Counted from the stretch's first letter, positions 8,645-18,780 are shown. The stretch: 31,378 bases of DNA from a virus (IMGVR_UViG_2648501787_000011:1-31378); one strand, 5' to 3'. The notes: a model not told the origin generated them from the sequence alone. Numbers and translations are program-made.

Positions 8645-10120
8645 TTAAAGTTTGAACTGAATCAGGCCTGCCAGCACACGCAGCTGGTTCACCAGATTCG
8701 GGTGGCAGATAAAGTTCAGGCGGTTTTTATCACTGCTGTCGCGTGTCACCTGAAGCGTGTCCCTGTAATCGCTGAAGTTCTCCACAAGGCCCGCCGGGAG
8801 GAGTTCGGTCTGGCAGATATCCAGCAGCTCTGCGGTGCACAGCTTCGGCGTCATCACCGGCTGCCCCGCATCCAGCGAGTCCAGCACGTCATCGTCCGCC
8901 AGCTTGTGGCGCGGATAACGGTTCGTGAAACGGTTCTTGATGATGTAACGGATACGGCCCAGCGTGGCGGGTGACTGCACATCCAGGTACGACACATCCG
9001 CATCACCGTACTGATTAACCCGGTACATGGTGATTTCACGCTCGATGCAGACGTTATCCCCGGCGTCCACCATGTGCGTGGCAATGCCGTCATGCAGCAG
9101 CAGGTTACGTTCCGGCATATCCCAGCGAACATTACGCGCAGGCGGCAGAATGCCGGTCAGAACCAGCGTCTGAAGCGGACGCGCCGGGTCAATGGCAAGG
9201 TGATACGCTGCCGTTGCGCCGTATGACGCGGCCCACATCCACGCCGGGTGCGGTGACAGGTTGGTGCCGATACAGCTAATCAGCCAGTCATTGCGGGTTT
9301 CACCAAACGTGCCGGTTTCCCCGTGCGTGCCACGAAACGCTGTCCACAGCTGCGCCTCCATCATTTTGAGCGGCCCCCAGCGATTCAGCAGTTCATCACG
9401 CAGGGTGTTCAGGCTTTTCGTGTCGGTGAACGGGGCGATGATATCGGTAAACCACTCCGGGCCGATGGCCGCAACGGCATCCGCCATTTCCGGTGTCCCG
9501 GTGCCGTCGGTAAACGCGGTTGCGGTCACCTTCACACCTGCCGGGAAGGCTTCACCGGTGTAGTAGTTCAGGCGAACGTCGGCACCGTTGCCGGTGACGC
9601 CGTGCCAGTTCACGGTCAGCTCCACGGTATCCGTGGCATCATCCTTCACCGCAGCGGCCACCTGCGTGGCAGGCTTTTTCGTCACCGCATCAGCAATGGC
9701 TTTTGCAATGTTTTCCTTCGTAGCCCCGGCGCTCACGCTCACCTGAACGGACACACCGTTAATCAGCAGTGCCACCGTTCCGGCTTCAGTCGCTGTCCCC
9801 AGCACGGTCAGCGTGGCTTTTGCGGCAGCGCCTTCAGGCGCGGCAACCGGCATTGCCCAGGTTTCCGTGTACGTGTTGGCACGGCGCAGCATTTTGAGCA
9901 TTTCAGCCAGCATCGACCCTTTGCCATAAAGCTGGTCTGCCTGGCTGTCACTGGTGATGCGGGTCAGTGACAGGGCGTCTGCGCTGCCGGACGATACCGC
10001 ATGGCCCATGACCAGAATTTTTCGGCTTTGCGCGGATGCACCATCCAGCGCCTGTGAATTGTCGATATCGATCCAGACAAGCGGGACGCGGATATCATCA
10101 GGAATTGAACCCAGCGACAT
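8645..10120 (-). CDS. Contractile tail sheath protein, Mu gp39 (L)-like
   Basis: 491 aa; position and size match Mu L; followed by tube gene. Confidence 0.85.
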   Translation of the reverse strand: MSLGSIPDDIRVPLVWIDIDNSQALDGASAQSRKILVMGHAVSSGSADALSLTRITSDSQADQLYGKGSMLAEMLKMLRRANTYTETWAMPVAAPEGAAAKATLTVLGTATEAGTVALLINGVSVQVSVSAGATKENIAKAIADAVTKKPATQVAAAVKDDATDTVELTVNWHGVTGNGADVRLNYYTGEAFPAGVKVTATAFTDGTGTPEMADAVAAIGPEWFTDIIAPFTDTKSLNTLRDELLNRWGPLKMMEAQLWTAFRGTHGETGTFGETRNDWLISCIGTNLSPHPAWMWAASYGATAAYHLAIDPARPLQTLVLTGILPPARNVRWDMPERNLLLHDGIATHMVDAGDNVCIEREITMYRVNQYGDADVSYLDVQSPATLGRIRYIIKNRFTNRYPRHKLADDDVLDSLDAGQPVMTPKLCTAELLDICQTELLPAGLVENFSDYRDTLQVTRDSSDKNRLNFICHPNLVNQLRVLAGLIQFKL

Positions 10121-10305
10121 TATTTTTTCCCTCTGGTTTTGTTGTTATTTTTCGGAAGTGTGGTTATTTCCACATCTCCCTCGGCTTCACGGCGCAGCCA
10201 GTAAGCGCAGACATCGAGACGTTCCCCTTCCGGGGATAAATGCGCGCCATCCGGTTTACGGACACGAACGCTTTCCCGCGCTGGCTTAATCAGTTTCTGT
10301 TCCAT
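10120..10305 (-). CDS. Small hypothetical protein between gp38-like gene and sheath gene
   Basis: About 61 aa from an internal Met (MEQKLIK); its stop overlaps the sheath start codon; track ORF start at 10320 overlaps the upstream gene. Confidence 0.35.
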   Translation of the reverse strand: MEQKLIKPARESVRVRKPDGAHLSPEGERLDVCAYWLRREAEGDVEITTLPKNNNKTRGKK

Positions 10306-10897
10306 CGTCACCCCGTACATGGATCACGTCGTTAATCTCAGTATGTTCACCGCTACGCAGCGTTGTCCCGAGGCGCAGGAAGTCCGGGAGCGCAGCGAGA
10401 TCAAGCTCTTCATCCAGCTGAAATTCCTGCTCCCACGTCACCGCCCACATGGTGACGCCCAGCCCGTCGAGGCTGGCGGAGTAAATGTTGTCTGCCCGCA
10501 CGTCAGCAGCCATGCGTTCAGCCCCCATGCCCGCTGTGGCATCTGACGACAGCAGACGTTTGATCACCTTCCCGGCCAGCACTTCACAGCGCACGTCGCG
10601 GGAGTACCCCCACGAATCCGTCGCCATGATGTAAGCCACCCAGGTGACCAGACCGGACAGCCCGCCGCGCGGGTTAATATCCCGGACGCGCAGGGCAGCT
10701 ACCCGGATACAGCCGGTGCGACCGGACAGATAGCGTTTCACTTCATCGGGGCTGTTGAACTGGCCGATGTGACGCTCCACCACGTCGGCCCGGTCAGGGG
10801 TGTTTCCCTGAAGCGCTATTTTCAGCCAGGCCACAATGCGCTCTGCGGCCGCAACTGTGCTCCCCGGTGTGCGCAGTTCAGGGCGTTGTTCTGTCAT
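10286..10897 (-). CDS. Hypothetical virion protein, Mu gp38-like
   Basis: 203 aa; position in head-tail joining block. Confidence 0.55.
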   Translation of the reverse strand: MTEQRPELRTPGSTVAAAERIVAWLKIALQGNTPDRADVVERHIGQFNSPDEVKRYLSGRTGCIRVAALRVRDINPRGGLSGLVTWVAYIMATDSWGYSRDVRCEVLAGKVIKRLLSSDATAGMGAERMAADVRADNIYSASLDGLGVTMWAVTWEQEFQLDEELDLAALPDFLRLGTTLRSGEHTEINDVIHVRGDDGTETD

Positions 10898-11439
10898 GGC
10901 AGAACCTCCTTCCAGAAATGACTGATAACCTGTTGCAGCTCCTGCTGGTTGGCAGAAGACAGCCCCAGAAATTCACGTTGTGGAATATTCATCATGCGGT
11001 TATGTGCGCCGACGGTCTGCCAGACCGGATATTTCAGCGCCCGCCCGAAACACTGCGAGATAAGCCGCTTGTGGGCGCTGACCGGCACACTGCCGGAAAA
11101 GCCGTCATTCATGATGCGGGCATAATCCAGCGGTGAACCGATACGCACCACGCGGTTTTCCACAATGTACTGGATACTCTCCAGTAGATGACCTTCACCG
11201 CGCAGCAGACTCTGGTTGCCGTGGCGGGTCTTTTTGTACCCGTCAGACCAGTCCGGCCAGCGTTCGCCACCCGGACTGGTTTTCTCATCGATGATGCGGC
11301 GGCGGGTCTGTGATTCCACCACCGCACCGATGCTTTCCAGCAGCTCTGCCTGCAATGAACCATCTGCCAGCTTTTCAACGGCACGGCGGATATCCTCCAG
11401 CCGCTGGTCACCGCTGACCTGTACAGAAATCCCCATCAC
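10894..11439 (-). CDS. Virion morphogenesis protein, Mu gp37 (K)-like
   Basis: 181 aa; 4-nt overlaps with neighbours; position as in Mu. Confidence 0.55.
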   Translation of the reverse strand: MMGISVQVSGDQRLEDIRRAVEKLADGSLQAELLESIGAVVESQTRRRIIDEKTSPGGERWPDWSDGYKKTRHGNQSLLRGEGHLLESIQYIVENRVVRIGSPLDYARIMNDGFSGSVPVSAHKRLISQCFGRALKYPVWQTVGAHNRMMNIPQREFLGLSSANQQELQQVISHFWKEVLP

Positions 11440-11873
11440 AGCACCCCTTTCAGGTTGTTACGGGTGAACAGCCGGGCATTGGCACCCACCACAATGATCT
11501 TCCCGTGGTCGGTTTCTGCCGGGGTGGCATACGTCGGCAGACCAAGGTCACGGGTGCCGTTCGCCATCTCACGCAGGGTTTTAATGGCGTCGTCGTAGCG
11601 TTTCTGGATCAGCTCCGTGATTTGATTGTCACGCTCTGATAACCAGTAAAACGCCAGCGATACCGCCACGCGTTGCAGCGGGCGCGGGATTTCCGTCACT
11701 CCCAGCGGCAGCGGGTAGCGGCGGGACAGAAACGAATCAATTTCCGCTTCGGCATCACTGATGGCCTGACGGATTTTGTCTTCATCCAGTTCGTTGGTTT
11801 CCCGGTTAATCGCCATGTTCCAGACAAGATTGCCGTCCGCGCGTAACAGGTCTTCCTGCGTGATATACCCCAT
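11436..11873 (-). CDS. Head completion protein, Mu gp36 (J)-like
   Basis: 145 aa; position after gp35-like ORF. Confidence 0.55.
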   Translation of the reverse strand: MGYITQEDLLRADGNLVWNMAINRETNELDEDKIRQAISDAEAEIDSFLSRRYPLPLGVTEIPRPLQRVAVSLAFYWLSERDNQITELIQKRYDDAIKTLREMANGTRDLGLPTYATPAETDHGKIIVVGANARLFTRNNLKGVL

Positions 11874-12184
11874 CAGCCTTTCTCCGCTTCCCGGACAATC
11901 AGATTCGGTTCAGCCATCAGGCGGGTGGCAACCGCAGCGGTCACCGCCACATCCTCACCGGCATGTGACCAGAAACGGCCACAGCGCCAGAACCCGTTTT
12001 CAGACACGGCCCGGACGTTCAGCCGGACAGGGGCGTCACCCTGTACAGCAGCCGGGGCTTCAGCCGGACGTGGTTCATTCGCCTGACCGTCAGCCACAAT
12101 AACGTCTGCCAGCGGTGCCGGGTTTTCCTGTGCTGCGCTGTTCTTTGCGGCTTTCGCGCCTTTGGTTCCTGCTTTTTCACTCAT
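11873..12184 (-). CDS. Hypothetical head protein, Mu gp35-like
   Basis: 103 aa, Ala/Pro-rich; sits after the major capsid gene and a palindromic intergenic element. Confidence 0.5.
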   Translation of the reverse strand: MSEKAGTKGAKAAKNSAAQENPAPLADVIVADGQANEPRPAEAPAAVQGDAPVRLNVRAVSENGFWRCGRFWSHAGEDVAVTAAVATRLMAEPNLIVREAEKG

Positions 12185-12262
12185 GACTCTGCCTTTTAAA
12201 AGGCAGTTAAAAGGGCATTCACAGCGCCTTTTAACTGCGGGTTACAGATTACGGATGACGGG

Positions 12263-13165
12263 TTATGCCGGGGTGGTGATGAACGGACTGACCACGATGT
12301 CCACATCCTTGTACCAGATGTTGGAATCGCCGCCGTTTACCAGCATGGCGTCAATGATGCGCTTCGCAGCCGCGCGATTTTTCGGCCCCACCACAAGGGT
12401 GGTCGGGCGGATGCCCAGCGGTTCACCGTTGGTAGCCTTCATACCCAGCAGCAGATTGCTGGCCTTCTCGTAGTTCTCCGCTGTCAGTGCCGCACGGGAA
12501 CCGACGGCGGTCTGCCAGAAGCCGAAGCCCGCATTGCAGCGACCGTCCACCCCGTAAAGGAACTCGTTATTCTTGAAGGTGTGCTCGCTGTTCAGATCAT
12601 CCAGGGCTTCAAACTTAAAGGCGCGTCGCGTCTGCCAGATGATGGGTTTCAGTACCTGAGAATCATCAATCAGGAACCACGGTTCTCCCTGGTCTGATGC
12701 CGGGGTGCCGACAACGTTGCTGCAGGTGCCGTCGCCCAGCGGGTGGTCTTCATCAAAGAAGTTCTGACCGTCAAAACACAGGGTGTTAAACCCGGCACAC
12801 AGCAGGGGGTAACACAGCTTGTCCGGGAACTCCGACGTCTGGCGGCCATAGCGTTCAGCGATAATGCTGTACTGACCAATCTGATCGTCTTCAATGTGTT
12901 CGCGTTTAACGCGGATCGAACTTTCCCAGGTTTTGTTCGCAAGGGTGTAACCATAACCGTCCAGCGTTGCCATCTGACGGGCGCTGACCCATTCTTTAAT
13001 CTCCGGTAAATCCTTCATCCAGCCGTAGGTGTTGGAGGCGGACGAACTCGGGATTTCAGAGGCGATACGCTGCCACTGTGGGGTGACACCACTCAGACCA
13101 CGGGTATAAGCGGCGCTCAGACAGGTGGTCAGCGCGTGAAGGACTTCGGAAGTGACTGCTCCCAT
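12263..13165 (-). CDS. Major capsid protein, Mu gp34 (T)-like
   Basis: 300 aa; directly downstream of protease/scaffold gene; size matches Mu T. Confidence 0.85.
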   Translation of the reverse strand: MGAVTSEVLHALTTCLSAAYTRGLSGVTPQWQRIASEIPSSSASNTYGWMKDLPEIKEWVSARQMATLDGYGYTLANKTWESSIRVKREHIEDDQIGQYSIIAERYGRQTSEFPDKLCYPLLCAGFNTLCFDGQNFFDEDHPLGDGTCSNVVGTPASDQGEPWFLIDDSQVLKPIIWQTRRAFKFEALDDLNSEHTFKNNEFLYGVDGRCNAGFGFWQTAVGSRAALTAENYEKASNLLLGMKATNGEPLGIRPTTLVVGPKNRAAAKRIIDAMLVNGGDSNIWYKDVDIVVSPFITTPA

Positions 13166-14127
13166 CAGTTATTCTCCTGTTTTGGTTTAGCGGCGAGGAA
13201 CTCTTCCCCGGTAATACCCATGCTGCGGCACATCGCCAGTTCGGCGTCGGTCAGTGTCTGCGCGGGTTTATCCTTGCCCTGGCTGGGCTTGTCGTTGTTC
13301 ACCAGCGGCTGTGCACCTCTGGTGTACTCCGCAAACTGTTTGCGGCCTTCTTCCGTACGGCAGGTAGCAAGGAACATGTCACGGTTTGCCGGGGCCACTT
13401 TTCCGGCTTCGATGGCCGCATCCACAAGCGCTTCTGCTTCCTTAGCTTCCAGTTGCTGAAGGCGTTGTTCTGCGGTTTCGGCACGGTTCAGTGCCAGATT
13501 GTGGGTTTCCACCGGCACAAACTTCGTCAGATCAGGTGTCTGTGCGCGGTTCAGCGCCACCTGTTCGTTCTCCTGAAGTTGTTTAATGGCGGCCACGGTA
13601 TCGTCCACCGTGGCGGATTCAGCCAGCCCAAGCAGGCCGGTGATTTGCACAGGTACTGTCATCGGGTTTTTCTCCGTATTCAGTGCAGGAAAATCCAGGT
13701 TAGGTTTGTTGGTCAGCCCGACGCTGGACAGGCGTGTCACCGCACCGTCCGCGTCAAAGAAAAACGCCGGGCTGTAATAGCGGTAGCGGCGCTCGCTCAG
13801 CATCCACCGGGCGGACTCACTCCAGACAACACGGCCTTCAATGGTGCTGCTGTCCGTCACCCGCAGTTCCTCCACCCAGCCATACGCCGGAGCATCTTCA
13901 CCCCGCGGGCCTTTAATTTCGGTGGCGTGTTCAATGTCCACCGGAATTTTGATGTCGGACGAACGGGCAACCACCTCATGTGGATTGCGGTTAATCCACG
14001 TCCGGCCATCGCGCCCGGTGAACTCACCCGCAGGGACGAGTTCAAGCCATTCCGGCAGTTGAGCGGGTGTCAGCTCAGTGATGGGTTCTGGCAGGGAAAA
14101 ACACAGCGCCAGCAGTTCCGGTTGCAT
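13165..14127 (-). CDS. Head maturation protease with nested C-terminal scaffold, Mu gp32/Z (I)-like
   Basis: 320 aa; C-terminal half is coiled-coil rich (LQQLEAKEAEALVDAAIEAG); internal Met near EKNPMTVPVQI could start a nested scaffold as in Mu. Confidence 0.75.
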   Translation of the reverse strand: MQPELLALCFSLPEPITELTPAQLPEWLELVPAGEFTGRDGRTWINRNPHEVVARSSDIKIPVDIEHATEIKGPRGEDAPAYGWVEELRVTDSSTIEGRVVWSESARWMLSERRYRYYSPAFFFDADGAVTRLSSVGLTNKPNLDFPALNTEKNPMTVPVQITGLLGLAESATVDDTVAAIKQLQENEQVALNRAQTPDLTKFVPVETHNLALNRAETAEQRLQQLEAKEAEALVDAAIEAGKVAPANRDMFLATCRTEEGRKQFAEYTRGAQPLVNNDKPSQGKDKPAQTLTDAELAMCRSMGITGEEFLAAKPKQENN

Positions 14128-14176
14128 GTCAGTCTCCGTCGTTTGGGGTTACTGACGGTCAGTATGCGGAAGGCAG

Positions 14177-14200
14177 AAAAAAAGCCGGATTTACCGGCTT
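14177..14200 (-). terminator. Rho-independent terminator (minus strand) between F and I
   Basis: Minus strand reads AAGCCGG-TAAAT-CCGGCTT followed by seven T. Identical 27-mer recurs at 21738-21761. Confidence 0.6.
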
Positions 14201-14341
14201 CACTGAAAACGGGAAGAATACCCCCTTCAAAACCCCTTCAAAAACGCCACAGCGCCTTCAAAAACGTCAGAATGCACATTCACGCCATCAGAATAAAAAA
14301 CGCGTTTCTGATGCGTTTCAGGGGGATTTATGGCGGGAGGG

Positions 14342-15106
14342 TTACTCACTGTCAAAACGGGCCTGTTTTGTCGCCAGCTGGCGCGCCAGCGCCTGCTCAC
14401 GGTTTATGCCGGGATTGTAGTTCCAGCCCGGATCAATCCCTTCCGGCACATCTTCCTCTTCGCCCGTGCGTTTGTTCACCCAGCGGACAGTTCTGATTTC
14501 CGGCGCTTCGGTGTGAATGGTGCCCTGTGCCGCCAGTTGCGCATATTCACCACGGCTGACCTGACGGATGGTGCATTTGCAGCCCCAGCCGTTAGGGGCA
14601 AAATGCGTCTGCCAGAACGGATGATCTACCGGCAGACACAGACGCGCCCATTTCACATGCTCCGCCCGGTGCTCGCGGGATGGCCCCAGCTCGTAAATCA
14701 GATACGGCATGGCCCGTTTTGTCCGCTGAATGCGTTCCCACTGGCCCGCTGCGCGGGCGGTGCGCATGTTGGTATCAAAAATCGTGCGGAGGCGGCGGTC
14801 GCTGCCCAGCTGTACGGTGCGCGTTTCTCCTGTCAGCGGATCATCCATCTCCTGTACGCCCCACCATCCGCGTTTTATCAGCAGCGGTTGCAGCGCCTCC
14901 CGGAACTCACTGAACGTCTGCCCGCTTTGCAGGGCGTCTTCCACAAGGGCTTTCACATCCGACAACAAATCCAGTTGCAGCATTTTTGCCACGGTGAAGC
15001 TGTTCCGGTGTTCTTCCCGCCACACATCCCGGTAATCAAAACCGGGGCGCAGCTTCTTCGCCTTCAGCCACGCCAGCGCCTCTTTCGGGATGAGGGTTTC
15101 ACGCAT
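14342..15106 (-). CDS. Head morphogenesis protein, Mu gp30 (F)-like
   Basis: Follows portal. Start proposed at ATG 15106 (GGGAGA 8 nt upstream, 8-nt overlap with portal stop) rather than track start 15163. Confidence 0.7.
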   Translation of the reverse strand: MRETLIPKEALAWLKAKKLRPGFDYRDVWREEHRNSFTVAKMLQLDLLSDVKALVEDALQSGQTFSEFREALQPLLIKRGWWGVQEMDDPLTGETRTVQLGSDRRLRTIFDTNMRTARAAGQWERIQRTKRAMPYLIYELGPSREHRAEHVKWARLCLPVDHPFWQTHFAPNGWGCKCTIRQVSRGEYAQLAAQGTIHTEAPEIRTVRWVNKRTGEEEDVPEGIDPGWNYNPGINREQALARQLATKQARFDSE

Positions 15107-16670
15107 GAGCAGTGTCTCCCAGTGCTCGCGCCTTAAAGCACACCTCTGCCAGTTGCAGGGCAAAGTCGTCCGCGTTCAGCGTTTCCTGAAGCTCAGGCAG
15201 GCGTTTCAGAAAGTCATCAAAACTGTCGCATTCCTGCGCCAGTGTCAGCACCGGGTTCGTGAACGCCTCGCCGGTTTTCTGCCAGTCACGCAGGGCATCA
15301 TCCACCATCTGTGCCAGTTCGTCGGGGTGTTCCCGGTTCAGGGCGACGCGCTCACGGTTCATCGCCATATCACCTGGCACCCCGGCAGACACAGGATGCA
15401 GAACTTCCGCCCCTTCATCCGGTTCAGCAAAACCGAACCGGTCCCGCAGCTCCGATTCCTGAACCCGCAGCCCCCGGTCAATCAGCGGCACGACGGCGTC
15501 TGTCAGCGCCTTCAGATCTTCTGCTTCACTGATACGCAGAACAACACGGGGGTAGTGCGCCTGTGGCCCGTAGTTGGCCTCGATGTAGGGACGTACCAGA
15601 TATTCGTTCAGCGTGTTAGCCAGCTGCCGCGCATCCCAGCGCACAATGTCCATGCGCACCTGATTGTGCACGTCCGCCTGTGAACGCGAACTGCCGTTAT
15701 CCGTGGTCATGGTCTGCCCCAGCACAGCCTTACTGATTTGCGCATCACACCATTCCGCCATTTCACGGAACAGTGCACCGCCGTTATTCCGGCTGGCGGT
15801 TTCCTGCATCTCCAGTTGCATGGACTGCGGAATGGCACACCCGGCATCCGAGGCAATGGAGGCAATCGCGTCAATCAGCACGCGGATTTGCTCCTCCGTG
15901 GCGTTGGGGCCGTATTTCCCCACCGTGACCGGAATGCCGAATTTTTCCGCAAATGCCCACCAGTCACGTACGGTAAAGGATTTCAGCATGTACATTACCG
16001 CCACCAGACGGGCCAGACCGTTACGCAGCGGCAGACCGGATTTCAGACGCGGCTGGTGAACAATGAATTTTCCCGGTGTCAGCGGTACGCCATCCACCGG
16101 CTCATCGTCAGTCAGCAGGCGGAACTGGCGCAGCGTGGGCTTTTCGGCTTTCAGAAAACGGGGATCAACCCACTCATAATCACGGGGCACCCAGTGGTTG
16201 TTGCGGGTGTTCCAGAGAATTTCACAGACCGCCACACCTTTTCCCAGCCCGTCGAGCAAATCAAACAACAGTTCGGGAATTTGCGGAGCGTCCATCAGCG
16301 CCCGGATGGCGTCCGCCAGCTGCACGTCGGCATCGTCATCACTGGCGGCAACCACCACCGGTTCGATACCGGCTACCGTCAGCTTGCGGGTGCGCAACAC
16401 CGAAGCGTAATGCAAATCGCGTTCTTCCATCTCTTCGGCAAGGATAAAAAAATCACGTGTGATACCGTCGGCAGCATTGCGCAGAATACCTGCCAGCCTG
16501 CCGGGATTCAGCCCGGAAGCGATACTGATGCCCGGCGAGGCCGAGCGCACACCCGCCTGACGCGGACGGGCCTGTACTTCATCGAGCCTCTCTTTTTTCA
16601 GCGTATCTTCCTCACCGGTTGCCGGGTTCAGCAGACGGCGAACGGCTCCGGCCAGTTGTTTCAGGTTCAC
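15099..16670 (-). CDS. Portal protein, Mu gp29 (H)-like
   Basis: 523 aa; between large terminase and F-like gene; 4-nt overlap with terminase. Confidence 0.8.
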   Translation of the reverse strand: MNLKQLAGAVRRLLNPATGEEDTLKKERLDEVQARPRQAGVRSASPGISIASGLNPGRLAGILRNAADGITRDFFILAEEMEERDLHYASVLRTRKLTVAGIEPVVVAASDDDADVQLADAIRALMDAPQIPELLFDLLDGLGKGVAVCEILWNTRNNHWVPRDYEWVDPRFLKAEKPTLRQFRLLTDDEPVDGVPLTPGKFIVHQPRLKSGLPLRNGLARLVAVMYMLKSFTVRDWWAFAEKFGIPVTVGKYGPNATEEQIRVLIDAIASIASDAGCAIPQSMQLEMQETASRNNGGALFREMAEWCDAQISKAVLGQTMTTDNGSSRSQADVHNQVRMDIVRWDARQLANTLNEYLVRPYIEANYGPQAHYPRVVLRISEAEDLKALTDAVVPLIDRGLRVQESELRDRFGFAEPDEGAEVLHPVSAGVPGDMAMNRERVALNREHPDELAQMVDDALRDWQKTGEAFTNPVLTLAQECDSFDDFLKRLPELQETLNADDFALQLAEVCFKARALGDTAHA

Positions 16671-18202
16671 AGTAAACCTCCCTCATTTTTCAGGCCGCGT
16701 GTCAGTTTCATCTGGCGGCGCGTGTTGCCTTCTTCCGGTTTCGCCGGGCGGTTCAGGCGGTGCAGCTCGTAACGGTGGCAGTCATCCTTACTGGCAAGGA
16801 AGCCCAGGAAAATGGCCACAGCGGCGTCGCCGTGACGCTTGCGGCCATCACTACCTTTAGTACGGGCATCGTCAATGCCGGGAACACCACGCAGTAACTG
16901 AATGGCCCCGAGGTCATTGATCACGTCTTCATGCTTCGGAAGGATCAGCTCATCATCTTCAAACGCTGCACGGAAACGGGGCATGTTTTCGCGGTAGAAC
17001 GCCACGGACAGCATCACCTGTTCCACCTCATCGCCGTACCGCTCCGCCGCCTGTTCTGCCAGATACTGACCATTCCCCCGTGCATCCATTTTGATACCGT
17101 CACGACGGGGCAGACGATCGCAAAGCCAGAACAGCACCTGCTCCTGCTGTTTAAACGGCACATTGCCAAGCTCAACCAGGAACGGCACCTCGCGGGTGGT
17201 GTCATCGTTCACCGTCACAGGGGCCAGTACGGTCAGGTCACCCGAACGCGCAAAGTCTTCCCCCAGACAGTGGCGCAGGTTCTTCGGGAGTTTTTCCAGC
17301 TCGGGGCGCACCACCGTTTCCAGCCATTCCCGGATATCTGCCCGGCGCTGGCTTTCCGTCAGTGCGTTAAATTCCGGTGTGCCGGTAAAGCGCAACACTT
17401 TCCCGGTGCCACGGGCCGCACGTTCACGCAGTGAGCGGGGGATATACGTGCCGCCGCCGTTTTTCGGGACGCAGTAGTATTCCTCCAGGGCGTCTTCGCG
17501 GGTGGCGGTATTTCTCAGCAGACCTTCTTTCCATTCCGCCTCGGCCTCCGGTGACCACACCATGCCGCGCACCTGACAGATACGCCGGTACAGCCCGTCA
17601 TTGCAGGCGTCATCCAGCGTGATGGTGTGAATGCGGTAATCCCGTTTTCCTGCGCGGCTTTCCTGAATCAGCTGGTTAAACAGGTTGTCCACGCCGTCAT
17701 GGGTGGAAATAAGGCGAATTTTGCCGCCCCATGTTTTCAGCGGCAGCACCGCCTTCAGCAGCTCGTCCAGTTTTTCATGGAACGCGGCCTCGTCGATGGT
17801 GACATTCCCCTGCATCCCGCGAATGTTGCTCGGGTTGCTGGACAGTGCCTTGACCTTAAAACCGCTGGCGAAGTACACGACGAACGTCAGAATGTCCTTG
17901 TCTTCGTCGGTGATCACTTCCTCGCAGATTTCTTCCGCTGCCGCATTAAACGCTTTCGCCCACATCGCCACGGCGTCGATAAATTCGCGGGCCATCTCCT
18001 TATTCGAACCGATATAAAAGTGATCGCGCCCGCCGAATTCCTTCTTCAGCGATGCCGTCAGTGCCGCATCTGCCGCCTCCGCCCAGGTTAAACCGGTACG
18101 GCGGGATTTCTCGGCAATTTTCAGGTCGGCATCATCCGCCACCCAGCGTTTCTGATACGGCAGCAGAACATCGGATTCACTGAACGTGTTCATCTGTGTC
18201 AT
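16667..18202 (-). CDS. Terminase large subunit, Mu gp28-like
   Basis: 511 aa; position between small-terminase-like and portal genes. Confidence 0.8.
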   Translation of the reverse strand: MTQMNTFSESDVLLPYQKRWVADDADLKIAEKSRRTGLTWAEAADAALTASLKKEFGGRDHFYIGSNKEMAREFIDAVAMWAKAFNAAAEEICEEVITDEDKDILTFVVYFASGFKVKALSSNPSNIRGMQGNVTIDEAAFHEKLDELLKAVLPLKTWGGKIRLISTHDGVDNLFNQLIQESRAGKRDYRIHTITLDDACNDGLYRRICQVRGMVWSPEAEAEWKEGLLRNTATREDALEEYYCVPKNGGGTYIPRSLRERAARGTGKVLRFTGTPEFNALTESQRRADIREWLETVVRPELEKLPKNLRHCLGEDFARSGDLTVLAPVTVNDDTTREVPFLVELGNVPFKQQEQVLFWLCDRLPRRDGIKMDARGNGQYLAEQAAERYGDEVEQVMLSVAFYRENMPRFRAAFEDDELILPKHEDVINDLGAIQLLRGVPGIDDARTKGSDGRKRHGDAAVAIFLGFLASKDDCHRYELHRLNRPAKPEEGNTRRQMKLTRGLKNEGGLL

Positions 18203-18780
18203 GCGCTAATCCCCAGAAGTTCACGTTTGATGGTGTCAGCCGCACCACCTGACAGACCGCCCGTTCTGACCAGTTCTTCGGTTTTCTCTGCCATCTCCTG
18301 CGCAAACGCATCGCGGATCGCTTTCTCGCGTTTATGGCTGGTCATGGCTGCCGCTTCCAGACGCTGGGCAACCAGCGCCAGTTGGCCCAGCGCCTTCGGT
18401 GCAACAGGTTTGTCGTCTTCTGCCATCGACATGGACGTTTCAAAGGCCAGCGTTTTTACAAACTCCATCAGCAGCTTGCCGACGTCTGATGTTGGCGCGG
18501 AACCCAGCTTTGCCGCCCAGACCTCGGCCATCTCGCGGGAGGCGCGGATTTTGGCCCCGACTTTTTCCATACGGCTGGCATAGCGGTTTAAGCCCGTCCG
18601 GCTTAACTGCATCTCTTCCGGCAGGTTGTGTTCGTCAATCAGGGCGTTGATGGCTTCGCGGATTTCTTCCTGCGTGTGCCGCTTTTCCCGCAGCATCTGA
18701 TGTAACTGCTCCCGGATGCTGTCCGGAAGTAAATCCACTTTGGAAAGACGGCCACGGGTGGGGCGTTGTTCATTTTCCAT
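18199..18780 (-). CDS. Probable terminase small subunit, Mu gp27-like
   Basis: 193 aa; immediately upstream of and overlapping the large terminase. Confidence 0.6.
   Translation of the reverse strand: MENEQRPTRGRLSKVDLLPDSIREQLHQMLREKRHTQEEIREAINALIDEHNLPEEMQLSRTGLNRYASRMEKVGAKIRASREMAEVWAAKLGSAPTSDVGKLLMEFVKTLAFETSMSMAEDDKPVAPKALGQLALVAQRLEAAAMTSHKREKAIRDAFAQEMAEKTEELVRTGGLSGGAADTIKRELLGISA

Noticed and set aside
13453-14496. 347-aa plus-strand ORF
   Set aside because: Antisense to the protease/scaffold and F-I region; Arg/Cys/His-rich translation typical of a GC-rich shadow frame; breaks Mu synteny.
15107-15163. Extended start of the F-like ORF at 15163
   Set aside because: Would overlap the portal by 65 nt; ATG at 15106 has a GGGAGA RBS and an 8-nt overlap.
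15738-16772. 344-aa plus-strand ORF
   Set aside because: Lies entirely within the portal gene on the opposite strand; shadow ORF.
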